Positions 1 to 15,144 of a stretch of DNA of 64,000 bases are shown piece after piece. Origin of the DNA: Eledone cirrhosa (Eukaryota); assembly GCA_964016885.1 (NCBI GenBank), contig OZ024741.1, positions 124,930,001-124,994,000 of the forward strand, given 5' to 3'. The translations under genes and the position numbers were made by a program. Each line of letters opens with the position of its first letter. Position 1 is the stretch's first letter. Below the pieces are notes generated by a model. It saw only the letters and a list, made by a program, of their open reading frames with translations. It ran no database searches and was not told the DNA's origin.

Positions 1-14
1 TTTATATATATATA

Positions 15-769
<755 letters not shown>

Positions 770-974
770 CAATAACAACTCATGCACTGAAATATATTTT
801 TTTGTATATGTGTGTGCGTATATGTATGTGAAGGTGTGTATATGAGTGAGAGAGTGTGTGGGTGTATGTGTGAGTGAGAGAGAGAGTATTATACATTAAT
901 ATCATAAACAAAACAACCAGCACTGTAAAACAATAACAATATATCAAATTATACATACACTGAAATAAATACGA

Positions 975-1030
<56 letters not shown>

Positions 1031-1035
1031 GTACA

Positions 1036-1115
<80 letters not shown>

Positions 1116-1180
1116 TATAAATTATATATGGGGTGAACCTGTATATGTGAGTACGTGTAATATACATTAATGGATTAAAC

Positions 1181-1265
1181 AACCTAAATTGTGTAACAAT
1201 AACAAGTCAGGTTTCATTTCCACTGAAATGTTTATCCAATCCAATGTAATCAACGGCTTTCTCAA
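1181..1265 (-). ncRNA. Degenerate hammerhead-like motif (UUGAGAA core)
   Basis: minus strand: ttgagaa-ag-ccgttga...tcagtgg-aaat-GAAA-cctga...ttagg-TT; helices II and III pair, helix I not evident. Confidence 0.35.
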
Positions 1266-2403
1266 TCCTCTCGGTGTAACCCTTCCCTGGTTGACTTTCA
1301 CCGCTTCTGTTTAGTTTTGGTCATATCTTGAGATGTATAGCAGTACTTACTACGCTTGGCCAATTGCGGATTGGTGAAGCCATTTAACCCATAGTTGGGG
1401 TGGGGTGTACAGCCATTAACTCTGAGAAGTTCATCCGCTCTTTTAACAGCTCTTGATTTTTTGTGCTACTAGGTTTCACGTACCCTCATCACCTGACTAG
1501 GGTCTGGTGTGGGAGCCATTTGGCCATATATGGTCCTAGTAGCAGGCTCAAGCTGACCTGTCGAAATATATGTACACCTGATATATTATTCCTTATCATA
1601 GTTCATAGTTATGTGTAAAGAGCCTCTACACTTCGTTTATGTCCCAAGGCTTTATCTATCTATATATATCTATTCATCTATCTATCGATACGGCGATACT
1701 CTTTCGCTCGCACACTACACAGGCAGGCGAAGGCATACTCTGACATGTACAAGTATCTCACTTATTCTCTCCTTCCCTCTCTTTCTCTCAGGAGTCACTC
1801 ATAATCAAGTATGACTTGCTGTTAGATTTATTTTTCAAATTATTATAATTAAACAATAAAAAAACTCCATCAACCATGCTTTGCTCATTCATGAAGATGT
1901 AGACCAAAGCCACTGGCACAACTATGCCTGCAAATATGGCGGTGCCCCAGCTTGGCCTCAGCCGGGTGGCTGGAACGGGTAAAAGAGTAATACAGATGGG
2001 AATGTCAATGTGGTAGATTTTTCGATGGAGGAGGTTGTGCTAACAATGTGGGTGTAATTTGAATTATTGTATTAGTGTTTGTTGTTTACACATACATAGA
2101 CATGTATATATATGCATAATATGCACACACACAGCCACACAGACATACAGACACACAAACACACACATACACACAAACACACGCACAAACACACACACAC
2201 ACACACACATACACACACACCACCCCCACCCACCCACACATATATATATATACATATATATATATATAAATATTTAATTCATAATCTCATTAATATAATG
2301 AAATATATATAATGTTCTCTACATTACATTGATAACTTTAATCCGCGTCTGCAAACACAAAAGCACGAATATGTTTAGTTTTATATATATATATATATAT
2401 ATA

Positions 2404-2741
2404 GGAAAAGGTATTACCCCGACGGCAGAGCTCAAGCTGTTTCGACGGCTATTTCTGGACTAAATTAGAATTTTTAGCCTGGTGAATAGATACATTATTT
2501 ATTCACCAGGCTAAAAATTCTAATTTAGTCAAAAAATAGAAATAGCCGTCGAAACGGCTTGAGCTCTGCCGTCGGGGTCATACTTTTTCCTATTTCCCAC
2601 TCTACTACCCTAAATATTGAGTACTCTGGTGCGTTATGGTCCATCTGGTTCCTTACCACAATTCCTTTGTTATATATATATATATATATAGTAGCTGTCG
2701 AAACGGCTTGAGCGCTGCCGTCGGTGTCAAACATTGTCCTA
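2404..2741. mobile_element. Fold-back of PLE-type terminal repeat 3' end (same family as 7295-9304), arms 2404-2488/2500-2590, tail to ~2670 plus extra fragment
   Basis: inverted arms each carrying GAAA-cggcttgagctctgccg-TC-ggggt (3' half of HHR); (TA)n on both sides. Confidence 0.75.
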
Positions 2742-3186
2742 TATATATATATGAAATTATAAGATAAGAGGAAATAATAGACAAAAATATACCTATTGTT
2801 TCTTCAAAGTCCCGACTGTACAGTTTCGCTGATCCATATGCAACAATTGTATATTATAGTTATGCAACAACGTTGTGAGGCGAATCAGTTTGTCAAGGAA
2901 TACCTCAGAGAAGAGGACTGGTCTCCAGACGTGTTTGCAGCAAGTGAGAAATCTCTATAGGCGGCAGGAGGAATAATTACGTGATACATCGGTCAAGAAA
3001 AAGGACTGTTTCCCTTGCAGCAAGTGAAAATATCTCAGAAAGCGGAGGGAGAAATTAGTACAAGATACAGAGGTCACAGGTGGGTAGTAAGGTAGACAGA
3101 AAGTGACTATCGTATTCTCTAAAGAAAGCAGTTTGTACACTTTCGGGTTACCTCGACCATAGAGTAGTTTGAGATAATATAATAAT

Positions 3187-3357
3187 TGTTTCTACTTATG
3201 GCACAAGGCCAGCAGTTATCTCAGTGCATTACTGTTACTTTATTTTATCGAACACATAAGGATGAAAGGCAAAGTTTACCTCGGCAGGATTTGAACTCAG
3301 ACAATAAAGGGCCGTAACGCTTTGCTGCAACGCATGGCGTCAAACCCTCAACCGATT
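3187..3357 (-). mobile_element. tRNA-derived SINE (family 1)
   Basis: B-box-like gagttcaaatcc and core gccgagg-aaactttgcctttcatcc...gataaaataaagta shared with many copies in the window. Confidence 0.8.
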
Positions 3358-3362
3358 GAGAT

Positions 3363-3413
<51 letters not shown>

Positions 3414-3549
3414 GCCTTTCGAGATATTTTTCACTTGCTACAAGGGAATCAGTCCTCTTTCTTGACCGATGCATCACGTGTTAATTCCTCCCTCCGCTCC
3501 GCCTATTGAGATTGTCTCACTTGCTACAAACGTGTCTGGAAAACGTTAC

Positions 3550-3652
3550 TTCCCTGAAGTGTTCTTTGAGATGCTGGTGTGCCTCACATCAATATTGCAC
3601 ATCTGTAATGTGCAATTGTTGCATACGGACCACCGAAACTGTACCATCGGGA
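3550..3652 (+). ncRNA. Hammerhead-like motif with long helix II insert and CUGAAGU core; mirror homolog 2808-2913 (minus)
   Basis: ttcc-ctgaagt-~75 nt-GAAA-ctgtacca-TC-ggga; mirror copy has palindromic helix III GAAA-ctgtacag-TC-ggga and ctgaggt core. Confidence 0.5.
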
Positions 3653-3707
3653 TTTTGAAGAAAAAATAGGTATATATAAGTTTAGTATTTCTTCTTATTT
3701 TATAATT

Positions 3708-3745
<38 letters not shown>

Positions 3746-4529
3746 TGGTGAACTTGGTCTAAAAATATTGGTTGTCAGGAGATGAAGGAAGGTATAGAAT
3801 GCTATTATTTGATTTTTATAATGAATAAATAACATTTTCGAAAAATACGTAAGTGGATACAATTTTTTGCGGAAAAATATCTTGCCTTCTCCAATAAAAA
3901 ATATTACGTATATTGCGAAGTTCAGAGACCTCCAATATTGACCAGAAGTCGACTGTAAATATAGATGTCTCTCTTGGCCAGGATCGAACCCAAGGCCAGG
4001 ATCTCCACCGTCTCTAGTACCTACCGTTAACCCACAGATACAACTACGAAAGACCTATGAAAATTCATACTTATAAACCTACTTTCGAATTTTTCAAAAC
4101 AAAGTGTTGCGTTGTCGTTCATGTATTTCTTAATGTTATTGATCCTACTTAAAGTCGACTTCTAAATCATTTGGGTGTTCCATAATCTACATTCTCGTTT
4201 TGTTTCATATCTATTTCGACTATATGTTAACCTGTAATCCATGTTTCATTTCTGTTTCACCTCATTCCCCCTCTCTCTCACTCTCTCTCTCTTTCTCTCT
4301 GTGATATTTGAATCTACTATGATTTGGACTTACCTTATTCCTATACATATGTTTTTGTATGTCAGTTAGATTCAAACTGACAATAAATGGCATTGGATTG
4401 GTAGTATCGGGAGATGGTCAGACGCCATGCTTTGAAGCATAGAATTACCTCCATTTATGATCTGACTTCAAATCCCACCGAGGTTAACTTTGCCTTTCAT
4501 CCTTACGGGGTCGATAAAATATATATATA

Positions 4530-4779
4530 CAGAGGCAGACCGGGTCTAAAAATAATGGTTGCCAGATGAAGGGGGACCACCTACATATAGAATGCTATCA
4601 TTTAATTTTTATAATGAATAAATGACATTTTCAAACAATACATAAGTGGAAACAAAACACTGCAATCAAATTTTTGCCGAAAAATATTTGACCTTCTCTA
4701 ATAAAAAAAATGTATTTTGCGAAATCCAGAGATTTTCAATAATAACCTTTGGTCTTTCACACCCACTCCCTCTATATAA

Positions 4780-4848
<69 letters not shown>

Positions 4849-5328
4849 TGTGCGTGCACCACCTTCACCACTAATTGATTTGACAGTTGTCTTTAACCCA
4901 TTGATACCAAATATTATTTGGTCAGTAGTTCGTGTGTAAGTATATAAATATATATATATATATGTGTGAGGGGTGGGCGTGTTTGTCTGTGTCTATATGT
5001 CTATGTTTGCATGTATGAATGAATACAGTAAGATTTAGATTTAGTAGATGTAAAGCCACTGATTCCAGCTATTTGCACTATCGTTACGTTATTTCTAATA
5101 ATTCAATGGGGAATTGGTTGACCAAATGCTTTGCTTAATTGTTTCATTAATTTTTTAAAATTTTATTTCTTTCTCTTAGATTTCAGGTATTTTTTGAAGG
5201 CAAAGCATTGCCCCTAAAATACAACAGTAGGCTCTGCAATGCTACTGTGGGCTCTTGCAATGCTACCGTGTGCCCCCTAGGGCCCACTTGCCATTGGGCA
5301 ACCTGACAACCTAACCAGTCCGCAACTG
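4530..5328. mobile_element. Putative non-autonomous DNA transposon (MITE) with imperfect TIRs; a second left end at ~3743-3935
   Basis: TA-cagaggcagaccgggt ... accagtccgcaactg-TA; 3743-3935 is a diverged direct copy of 4530-4745. Confidence 0.4.
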
Positions 5329-5553
5329 TATATATATTTTTTTTTTCACATGTATGCAAGTGTGTGTGGTTTCAACCTTAACCAGTGTTGCTCGATGATC
5401 GAAAGAGCTAAATTAATCAAAATAATTAAAATGACTCGATAATCATAGCGACATATATAAATATATATATATGTGTCTGATGGTAGCTAAGATGCTTCCA
5501 TAGGCGGTATGCCGGTTGAGCACTCTATGGTCTTACAGAGCAGAGTGTGATAT

Positions 5554-5745
5554 AATAGAAAACGAAAAATCAGTGATGCATCTCAACTCAATTTATTGTG
5601 TGTTACAATTGTTTCCCCACGTGTCCGTCGAACCTGCGAGTCCAGAATCCACACAATGATCGCGTCTCGAGCTGTCCGCCGGGGAAACAATTGTAACACA
5701 CAATAAATTGAGTTCAGATGTATCACTGATTTTTCGTTTTCTATT
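5554..5745. repeat. Fold-back (65-bp arms 5554-5618/5681-5745) of an HHR 3' half plus AATAAA tail
   Basis: each arm reads outward gggGAAA-caattg-TA-acacacAATAAA; palindromic helix III acaattgt; CUGANGA half missing. Confidence 0.75.
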
Positions 5746-5913
5746 CTATATAAATATATATATAACCAAAGATTAATATGGTTCGTTGATTACTCAATGA
5801 CTACAATTTTACAATAGATTAAAGGCACTCAACATAGTTTTCCCGGAGTTTTTGATATTATAATATTAAATATTAAATATTATAATAATAAATATATATA
5901 TATATATATATAT

Positions 5914-6003
<90 letters not shown>

Positions 6004-6398
6004 AGGGAGAGAGGGAAACAGAAAGAGAGAGCGTGACCATAAGCCTATGTCTCAAGCAATTAAGAGAATATAAATATACATACATGCACATATTTCTACA
6101 ATTATTTATGTCAGTATATCTGGTAACATGATCTTAAAATTCTTATATAATATATATGGTATGTATAGTATACGTGGATATGTGCATGTAAATGTAGATA
6201 TTTATGTCTGAAGGCACCTAGTTGCCAGGCTCGTTACCGCATTTAATTAAACGTCTCAAAACTCTGTCCTCTCACTTCAATTCAGACCGAGGTAAACTTT
6301 GCCTTTCATCTCTTCGTGGTCGATAAATTGCCAGTTTAATATTTGGTTCTATTCACCTTCTGCATCTAATTATCAACACCACCTTATGGCTGTCACTT

Positions 6399-7565
<1,167 letters not shown>

Positions 7566-7682
7566 ATATATATATATAAATATATATATAACGAAGGAAA
7601 TGTGGTAAGTAACCAGATGGACTATAACGCACCAAAGTACTCAATACTTAGGGTAGTAGAGTGAATAATAAGAACTAGTAAG

Positions 7683-7778
7683 ACCCCGACGGCTGAGCTC
7701 AAGCCGTTTCGACGGATAATTCTGGACTAAATGAAAATTTTTATCCTGGTACATGAATAGCCGAGCTTCTCAGGGGGT
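7683..7778 (-). ncRNA. Type I hammerhead-like motif, CUGAGAA core
   Basis: minus: acccc-ctgagaa-gctcggctattc...gaattatccgtc-GAAA-cggcttgagctcagccg-TC-ggggt; all three helices and GUC site. Confidence 0.6.
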
Positions 7779-9194
7779 AATACCATATATGGTAAAAGTG
7801 ATTGTCACAAGAATTGGTCAAAAGTTTGTTGTTGAGACACATAATTCTATCATGGCATTTTGTGGAAGGAAGGGGTAGCTGAACTTGCCAGTAGAAGAAA
7901 GAGGGAGAGGGAGTGGAGTAACCCCAGTCGTGCGTTAATAGTGCCAACTACAGCAGAATCCTAAGGATAAGAGGTCAAGAGAAGTATACTAGGGAGGGAG
8001 AGGGGGAGGAAGTCGAAACAATAAGTAAATCAATATGGAGTAAATATATGGAAGAATAATAAGAATGTTAAAAATATTTAAAAAAAAACAATTTCTGTTT
8101 ACTATTCCCCTACCACAATCATCAAGTCTCTCACTGGTACTGCTAAACTATAGAAACATTTAATAGGTAGGACGGAATACTAAACACGAGTTGTAGTAAA
8201 AGAATTTTATGAGTTAGTAGTAATCGTCCAAATCTATCTTACAGTGGCAGGTCAACAAGTAGGGGCCAAAATACTAAAGAAACTACTACGAAATAATGAT
8301 TCAGAGTCCCGAAACTAATACGAAATAATAATTCAGAATCCCGAAAATGAATACTAATACGATATATAAGAGTACCGCTACGATACATAAATTCTAATAC
8401 AAACTACATAAATGCTCGTACGATATATATGAAAAATTTAATACGAAAAATTAATTCAGAATTAATTCAGAATTAATTCAGAATTAATACGAAAAATTAA
8501 TTCAGAATTAATGCTGAATTAATTTTTCGTATTAAATTGTTCATATATATCGTACGAGCATTTATGTAGTTTGTATTAGAATGTATGTATCGTAGCGGTA
8601 CTCTTATATATCGTATTAGTATTCATTTTCGGGATTCTGAATTATTATTTCGTATTAGTTTCGGGACTCTGAATTATTATTTCGTAGTAGTTTCTTTAGT
8701 AGTTTGGCCCCCTATTTGTTGACCTGTCACTGTAAGATAGATTTGGACGATTACTACTAACTCATAAAATTCTTTCACTACAACTAGTGTTTAGTATTAC
8801 GTCCCACCTATTAAATTTTTCTATAGTTTAGCAGTACCAGTGAGAGACTTGATGATTGTGGTAGGGGAATAGTAAACAGAAATTGTTTTTTTTTTTATAT
8901 TTTTAACATTCTTATTATTCTTCTATATATTTACTCATATTGATTTACTTATTGTTTCGACTTCCTCCCCCTCTCCCTCCCTAGTATACTTCTCTTGACC
9001 TCTTATCCTTGGGATTCTGCTGTAGTTGGCACTATCAACGCACGACTGGGTTTCCTCCACTCCCTCTCCCTCTTTCTTCTACTGGCAAGTTCAGCTACCC
9101 CTTCCTTCCACAAAATGCCATGATAGAATTATGTGTCTCAACAACAAACTTTTGACCAATCCTTGTGACAATCACTTTTACCATATATGGAATT

Positions 9195-9291
9195 ACCACC
9201 TGAAAAGCTCGGCTATTCATGTACCAGGATAAAAAATGTTCATTTAGTCCAGAATTAGCCGTCGAAACGGCTTGAGCTCAGCCGTCGGGGT
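9195..9291 (+). ncRNA. Mirror copy of the hammerhead-like motif, CUGAAAA core
   Basis: accac-ctgaaaa-gctcggcta...tagccgtc-GAAA-cggcttgagctcagccg-TC-ggggt. Confidence 0.55.
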
Positions 9292-9405
9292 CCTACTCGT
9301 TCCTATATATATATATATATATATATATTGTTATACTTTGAGAGGGTCATGTTGCCAATATATATATATATATATATATTGTTATACTTTGAGAGGGTCA
9401 TGTTG

Positions 9406-9446
<41 letters not shown>

Positions 9447-10045
9447 AGAGAAAGCGTGAGAAGAGGGGTCGGTGGTCGTATTGGCAGTGTCGTTATAGCG
9501 TTGGTGAGTTTTAGCGAGGTTTTGCGTTCTGAGTTCATTTTTAACTCTCTTTGATCCATTCGGTGTTAATAAGGAAAGTACAAGCCCAGTGCTGATGTAG
9601 CTCTCTATCTTTCTGGCTATCACATTCTGGATGTTCAACTGGAACAAGGGAGGAGGATGGGAGCTGTGTGGATGTGTAGGCACATAAAATCCTTAGCCAA
9701 TGCATCGTACATCTTACCAACTCATATTCAATTAACGGCTGATTTTTATTTTTATTTTATATGAATAAATGTTTGTTTGTATATATAAATAGAAATATAT
9801 GAGTGGCAATATATAAGTTCTCTTTTAAGTCGACGGTTTATTGGTGCCGCTCCAGGCATGGAATTATTATTAAATGGAGAGTGTAAAAATGTTATGTTAC
9901 GGATATATACAATCAAACATACAAGCATACATATATTGATATTCATACATATATACATACATAATATCTATATGTTCAACATTTACCTACATAGACATAT
10001 ATATTTAAACATAGAGGCATACATGCATACATGAATGCATACATT

Positions 10046-10221
10046 TATTTATGTTTTGAACGATGTATGTATATAAGTAAGTATGTATATATGTAACGAT
10101 GTAATTATGTATGTATGCATGCATGCATACATACATACATACATGCATGCATACATACATAATTACATCGTTACATATATACATACTTACTTACATACAT
10201 ACATCGTTCAAAACATAAATA
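10046..10221. repeat. Low-complexity palindrome built of (TATG)/(CATA)-rich sequence
   Basis: tatttatgttttgaacgatgtatgt ... acatacatcgttcaaaacataaata. Confidence 0.8.
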
Positions 10222-10460
10222 CATAGGTTCATACATACATGCATATGTGTGTACAGACGTTCTTACGTACAATCATACATGCATAGATGCATACATATAT
10301 GCATACATACATGCATACATACATATATATACATACGTACATACATACATGCACACATACATATATACACACATACATACATACATACATACATACATAC
10401 ATACATACATACATACATACATACATACATACATACATACATACATACATACATACATAC

Positions 10461-11770
10461 AAAATATGGTCATCAGAACTGTCAGCGTACAACAAATACA
10501 TTGCCCACAATACTTATGCTGTGCCAATTCTAACGCCAACATTTGGCCTGCTGAACTGGTCATTGCAAGAACTAAGTGAGATGGATGTTAGAACTCGCAA
10601 ACTTCTCAGTGTTACAGGGAACTTTAACATCAATGGTGATGTGGATAGGCTATACTTCTCACGCAAGGACGGTGGCCGGTATCTAAAATCCATATTAACA
10701 ACATATGAGACCCGGATAGTAACACTGAAGCAACACCTTCAACATAGGAAAAAGGTTGGCAACAATCTTGCCCAGGTTTATGAGCATGAAAAATAAATAA
10801 CATTAGAATAGCGACTGATCTGGAGGAGAGATATGGAATAAAGCCTGATATAAATCTCTCACCCAGAGAAATCAGAAGATCCTATTCAATGTTCAAACAA
10901 GATGAAAAATTGACCAATTTACATAAAAAGTTGTGCATGGATACTTGAGACGTAAAACACAGACCATAGAGGGGATAAACCACTCAAAAAGCCTGGCATC
11001 GAGTTCCGACAAGTTTATGACATCACACCTTGAGGGGTATCTCTATGCAATACAGGAACAAGAACTCCCTACCAAATATCAGCTGCACAAAAGGGGAGGG
11101 CCAGCAGCTGACAATAAATGTAGGCTATGTAAAACAAAGATCGAAGATGTAAGCCACATTGTTGCCAGCTGCGAAAGAATGTCATCTCGCTACTACCTCC
11201 CCATGAGACACATGGGATAGCTAGAACCATCTGGAACGCACTTCGGAAAACAAAATTAACAACAAACGAGGAAGAATATATTGAGACAGATGGCACTAAG
11301 GAATACTGGTGGAACCTGAAAATAAAAACTGCCACCAAATTAAAGCACAACCCGCCTGATATTGTTGTTTGGGACCACACATTGAAAACGTGTTCTGTTG
11401 TGGAGATCAGCTGCCCACTTGATGTAAACGTTGTCAGAAAAATACAGTAGAAGGAGGACATCTACGGACCATTGATGAGGAGTTTACAAATCCAATATCG
11501 AAGATACGCCTTTAGCTTCATACCCATCATTATTGGAGCTACGGGTTATATACCAACCCGCTTGTACCAAAGTATGACTGAACTTGGATTTGCGGACAAA
11601 AAGCGCAGCTCCCTAATTGATAGTCTACAAATGGCTGCGATAGCTGGCACCTTCAAAATTTGCAAAACATTCTTACGATTCAAGGGATAACAATTTCTTT
11701 TCTTTTACAACCTTGCCACCAGGAAGGTGGCCGGTCAAAAAAATATACTCGAAATTAAGAGAAAGAGATA
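10461..11770 (+). mobile_element. 5'-truncated, frameshifted non-LTR retrotransposon with REL endonuclease (R4/Dong-like) inside (TACA)n
   Basis: DVDRLYFSRKDGGR, YAIQEQE, CRLC..EDVSHIVASC..RH, HNPPDIVVWD..VEISCP, IPIIIGATG; (TACA)n on both sides; 3' UTR hairpin gccaccaggaaggtggc. Confidence 0.85.
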
Positions 11771-11789
11771 ACATACATACATACATACA

Positions 11790-12226
11790 TAATGGTTACC
11801 CTCTCATTATCGAGTATGGCCATTGCACTATATAGCATTATTAATAATTATTAATTAATTCTATCGTGAAATGCCTGTGCGTGAAGATATTTTGTAAAGT
11901 GAGAAAAGACTGTGCACTGAGCCAATCCCACTCTCTGAGCGACAGTAGTTATAACACGAAAAGAAGAAAAGATCAACATCATCGGTAACTACTGAGCCGT
12001 AGCTTTTATATCGGTGTTATCTCAGTTTCTTGAGTTGCCTTCTCCTAGAAGAATGCCCTGGCAAAGGCTAGGGGTCCTTCACTCCCACTGGTTTAACCAC
12101 GTGGTACATGTGTATATACATATTTACACACTTTTGGATGGCCGTTGACTCTTATGAGTTCTTCCGCACTTTGTCAGGTTTTGTTTTTTGTCCTGCAGGG
12201 TGTCCAAAATCACCCTCCTCACCAAG
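11790..12226 (-). mobile_element. Non-coding interspersed repeat, homologous to 35495-36095 (possibly non-autonomous RTE-type; strand relative to that copy)
   Basis: gtcctgcagggtgtccaaaatcaccctc and tcccactctct, ttctcctagaa blocks are reverse complements of blocks at 35590-35880. Confidence 0.55.
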
Positions 12227-12400
12227 TAAACATACATACATACATACATACATACATACATACATACATACATACATACATACGTACGTACATACATACA
12301 TACATACATACATACATACATACATACACACATACACACATACACACATACATACATACATACATACATACATACATACATACATACATACATACATACA

Positions 12401-12430
<30 letters not shown>

Positions 12431-12431
<1 letters not shown>

Positions 12432-13425
12432 GAGAGTGATATAGATGATGAAAGAAGTTTACTTTGGACCAACAACCGCTCTATTGACTCCCACTTTCAA
12501 GGATACGCTTTTGCAATCCAAGAACAGGAAATCAACACGAAATACCTGATTCACAAAAGAGTTAGGGATACAGGCAAAACACCTAGATGTGATAACAAGT
12601 CCAGACTCTGCAGAATTAACATTGAAGATGTCACCCATGTCATAAGCAGCTGTCCAAAGATGTCATCGCGGTACTATCTACCTATGAGGCATGAAGTAGT
12701 GGCCAAAACACTGTACAATGCTATCCGTAGAAAAGATAACCCCGACAATAAACACATTAAAGGTTACAGCAATGTGGAAGACATCCATGTACATAATATG
12801 AAAGAGTACTGGTGGAATGTTCCAGTAAAAACCCCAATAAAATGCAGGCATAACAGAGCAGATATTATGATATGTGACAGGGAAAAGAAGGCATGCACAG
12901 TAGTGGAAATTAACTGCCCAGCAGATGCCAATATAATATCAAAGATTAGTGAAAAGGAGAATATTTATGCAGAACTGATGAGAAATCTGCAGATACTCCA
13001 CCCTGACTATACCTTCAGATTTATGCCTGTGATTATTGCGGCACTGGGATATGTTAGTAACTGCCTCAATACAAATCTTGAGAAGCTGGGCTTCACAGGA
13101 ACGGAAAGAACACAACTAGTTAGGAAATTACAAGTACAATTCATTAATGGAACAGTAAAAATAGGTAAAACGTTCCAAAAATGTTTGCATCTAATAACTG
13201 CATATACACATGTACAGATACTAAGCATATACACATGCGCATATACAACTCAAAACATACACATCTACGCATACAATAACATCCATATCTACACATGCAT
13301 GCAGACATGCATATCTATCTACCTCGTTGATGTTGTGTAAATTCCAATGAGAGAGTCTTGTGTGTATGTTAGAAACCGACTCTCTCTATTGGTAAAACTT
13401 TGTGAAATTATAAAACCAGAAGAAT
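12431..13425 (+). mobile_element. Second 5'-truncated R4/Dong-like REL element in (TACA)n
   Basis: FAIQEQEINTKY, RLC..EDVTHVISSC..MSSRYYLPMRH, HNRADIMICD..VEINCP, FMPVIIAALG; 3' hairpin ccaatgagagagtc/gactctctctattgg. Confidence 0.85.
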
Positions 13426-13555
13426 ATACATACACATACATACATATATATACATGCATACATACACGCATGCATTCATGCAATATCCGTACACATAACC
13501 ATAAAGCTACACACGCGTAATTACAAGTAGACACATACCCACATATATACATAAT

Positions 13556-13854
13556 TGTTTCTACTTTTGGCACAAAGCCAGCAATTACTCCAGTGCATTA
13601 CTGGTACTTTATTTTATCGACCCCGTAAGGATGAAAGGCAAAGTTAACCTCGGCGGCATTTGAACTCAGAATGCCAAGGGCCGTAACTCTGTGCGTCAAA
13701 GCATCGCGTCCGACCCTCTACCGATACTGCCAATCCTAGCCTTTTTTATATACATAATTGCTTCTACTTTTGGCACAAGGCCAGCAATTACCCAGTACAT
13801 TACTGGTACTTTATTTTATCGACCCCGTAAGGATGAAAGGCAAAGTTAACCTCG
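13556..13854 (-). mobile_element. Two tandem SINE family 1 copies (13556-13740, 13759-13854)
   Basis: actggtactttattttatcgaccccgtaaggatgaaaggcaaagttaacctcg twice. Confidence 0.85.
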
Positions 13855-14127
13855 CAGTAGGATAGGTGCATACAGAGACGTATACAACACCTGCAAGGAT
13901 TAATCACAAAACAATATACACGCAATATACTCTATATATACTCTATATATAGTCACATAAAGTGTATAAATATAAGTATTCCCACAATATGTATATGCAT
14001 GCGTATGTTTCTGTTTGTGTGCGTGCGTGCCTCTATAAAGCTTCATATATGAATATGTATATAGACATACATATATATATATGCATGTACATATATATAC
14101 ATATACATACATATATATATATATATG

Positions 14128-14160
<33 letters not shown>

Positions 14161-14478
14161 ACGTGTATGTATTTCTATGTGCACATATAAACTTACATAG
14201 ACGTTTATACACAAAACACACACACACTCACACACATATATACACCCCCGCACACACACACACACATATAAATATATGAGAAAAACCACAGACCCTCCAT
14301 CTCAACTCACCTTTTGAAAAGCAGAAGAACTGCGAAACCGGTAAAGGAACCAAATAAATATATATATTTAAAAAAAAAATAAGACTTCAGTTGCATTTTC
14401 GATTTCATCTCTTTTTCTTTATACTTCCACTCGTGTAGGACACCTCGGTTATTTTTCATTTTGTAAAAAAAAACTCAC

Positions 14479-14527
<49 letters not shown>

Positions 14528-15144
14528 TTATATATATATATAAATATATATATATATTTATACGTATACCTTATATTTATGCAATGCGTCAAAACACGCA
14601 TAACTACACATAACTACACGCATATGTCGTTACAAAGTCGTTTTGATCGATGATATAGTGGGTGTTTGCGTATATGTGCATGTATAAATACCTGTATATA
14701 TGTGTATATATTTGTGTTTTCTATGTGTTCGTGTGTAAATATGCCTGTGTGGTGAATTTGTGATTCGTGTAAGCATATATTTACGTTCTTCTCTCCCACA
14801 TCCCCGTACTATGTTCTCAATAAGTCCGTCGTCCTAAGGCAAGCTGATTAATGGCTAAAACTTCAAGACAACAAGCACTAGATATTTTTAGATAATTCGC
14901 CATACTCAAGTGCAGAAAACAAGCTACAATTTCTTCGAGATATATACAGACTAACCAATCTATAGATACTTATACATCTATGACCGAGCAATCTTATTTC
15001 TTTAAAACAAGAACAACATCGACAATAATAATGGTTTATGATTTAGGCACAAGGCCAACAATTTTGGAGAAAGTCGATTAAATAGACTCCAGTGCTTTAC
15101 TGGTACTTTATGTTATCGACCCCCTAAGGATGAAAGGCATAGCT

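Larger units (their letters stand above)
2752..3710. mobile_element. Two diverged, inverted copies of an HHR-bearing terminal-repeat family (2752-~3050 minus, ~3412-3710 plus) with a SINE between
   Basis: catcggtcaagaaaaaggactg vs cagtcctctttcttgaccgatg, etc.; both outer ends abut (TA)n. Confidence 0.7.
7590..9304. mobile_element. 1.7-kb fold-back non-coding element (arms ~7590-8460 minus, ~8513-9304 plus), PLE terminal-repeat type
   Basis: near-identical mirrored ORFs 7741-7947(-) and 9026-9232(+); centre has aattaattcag stutter; (TA)n flanks. Confidence 0.9.

Noticed and set aside
7741-9232. Mirrored 68-aa ORFs as a small protein gene
   Set aside because: TTG starts, overlap the ribozyme, and are duplicated only because of the palindrome
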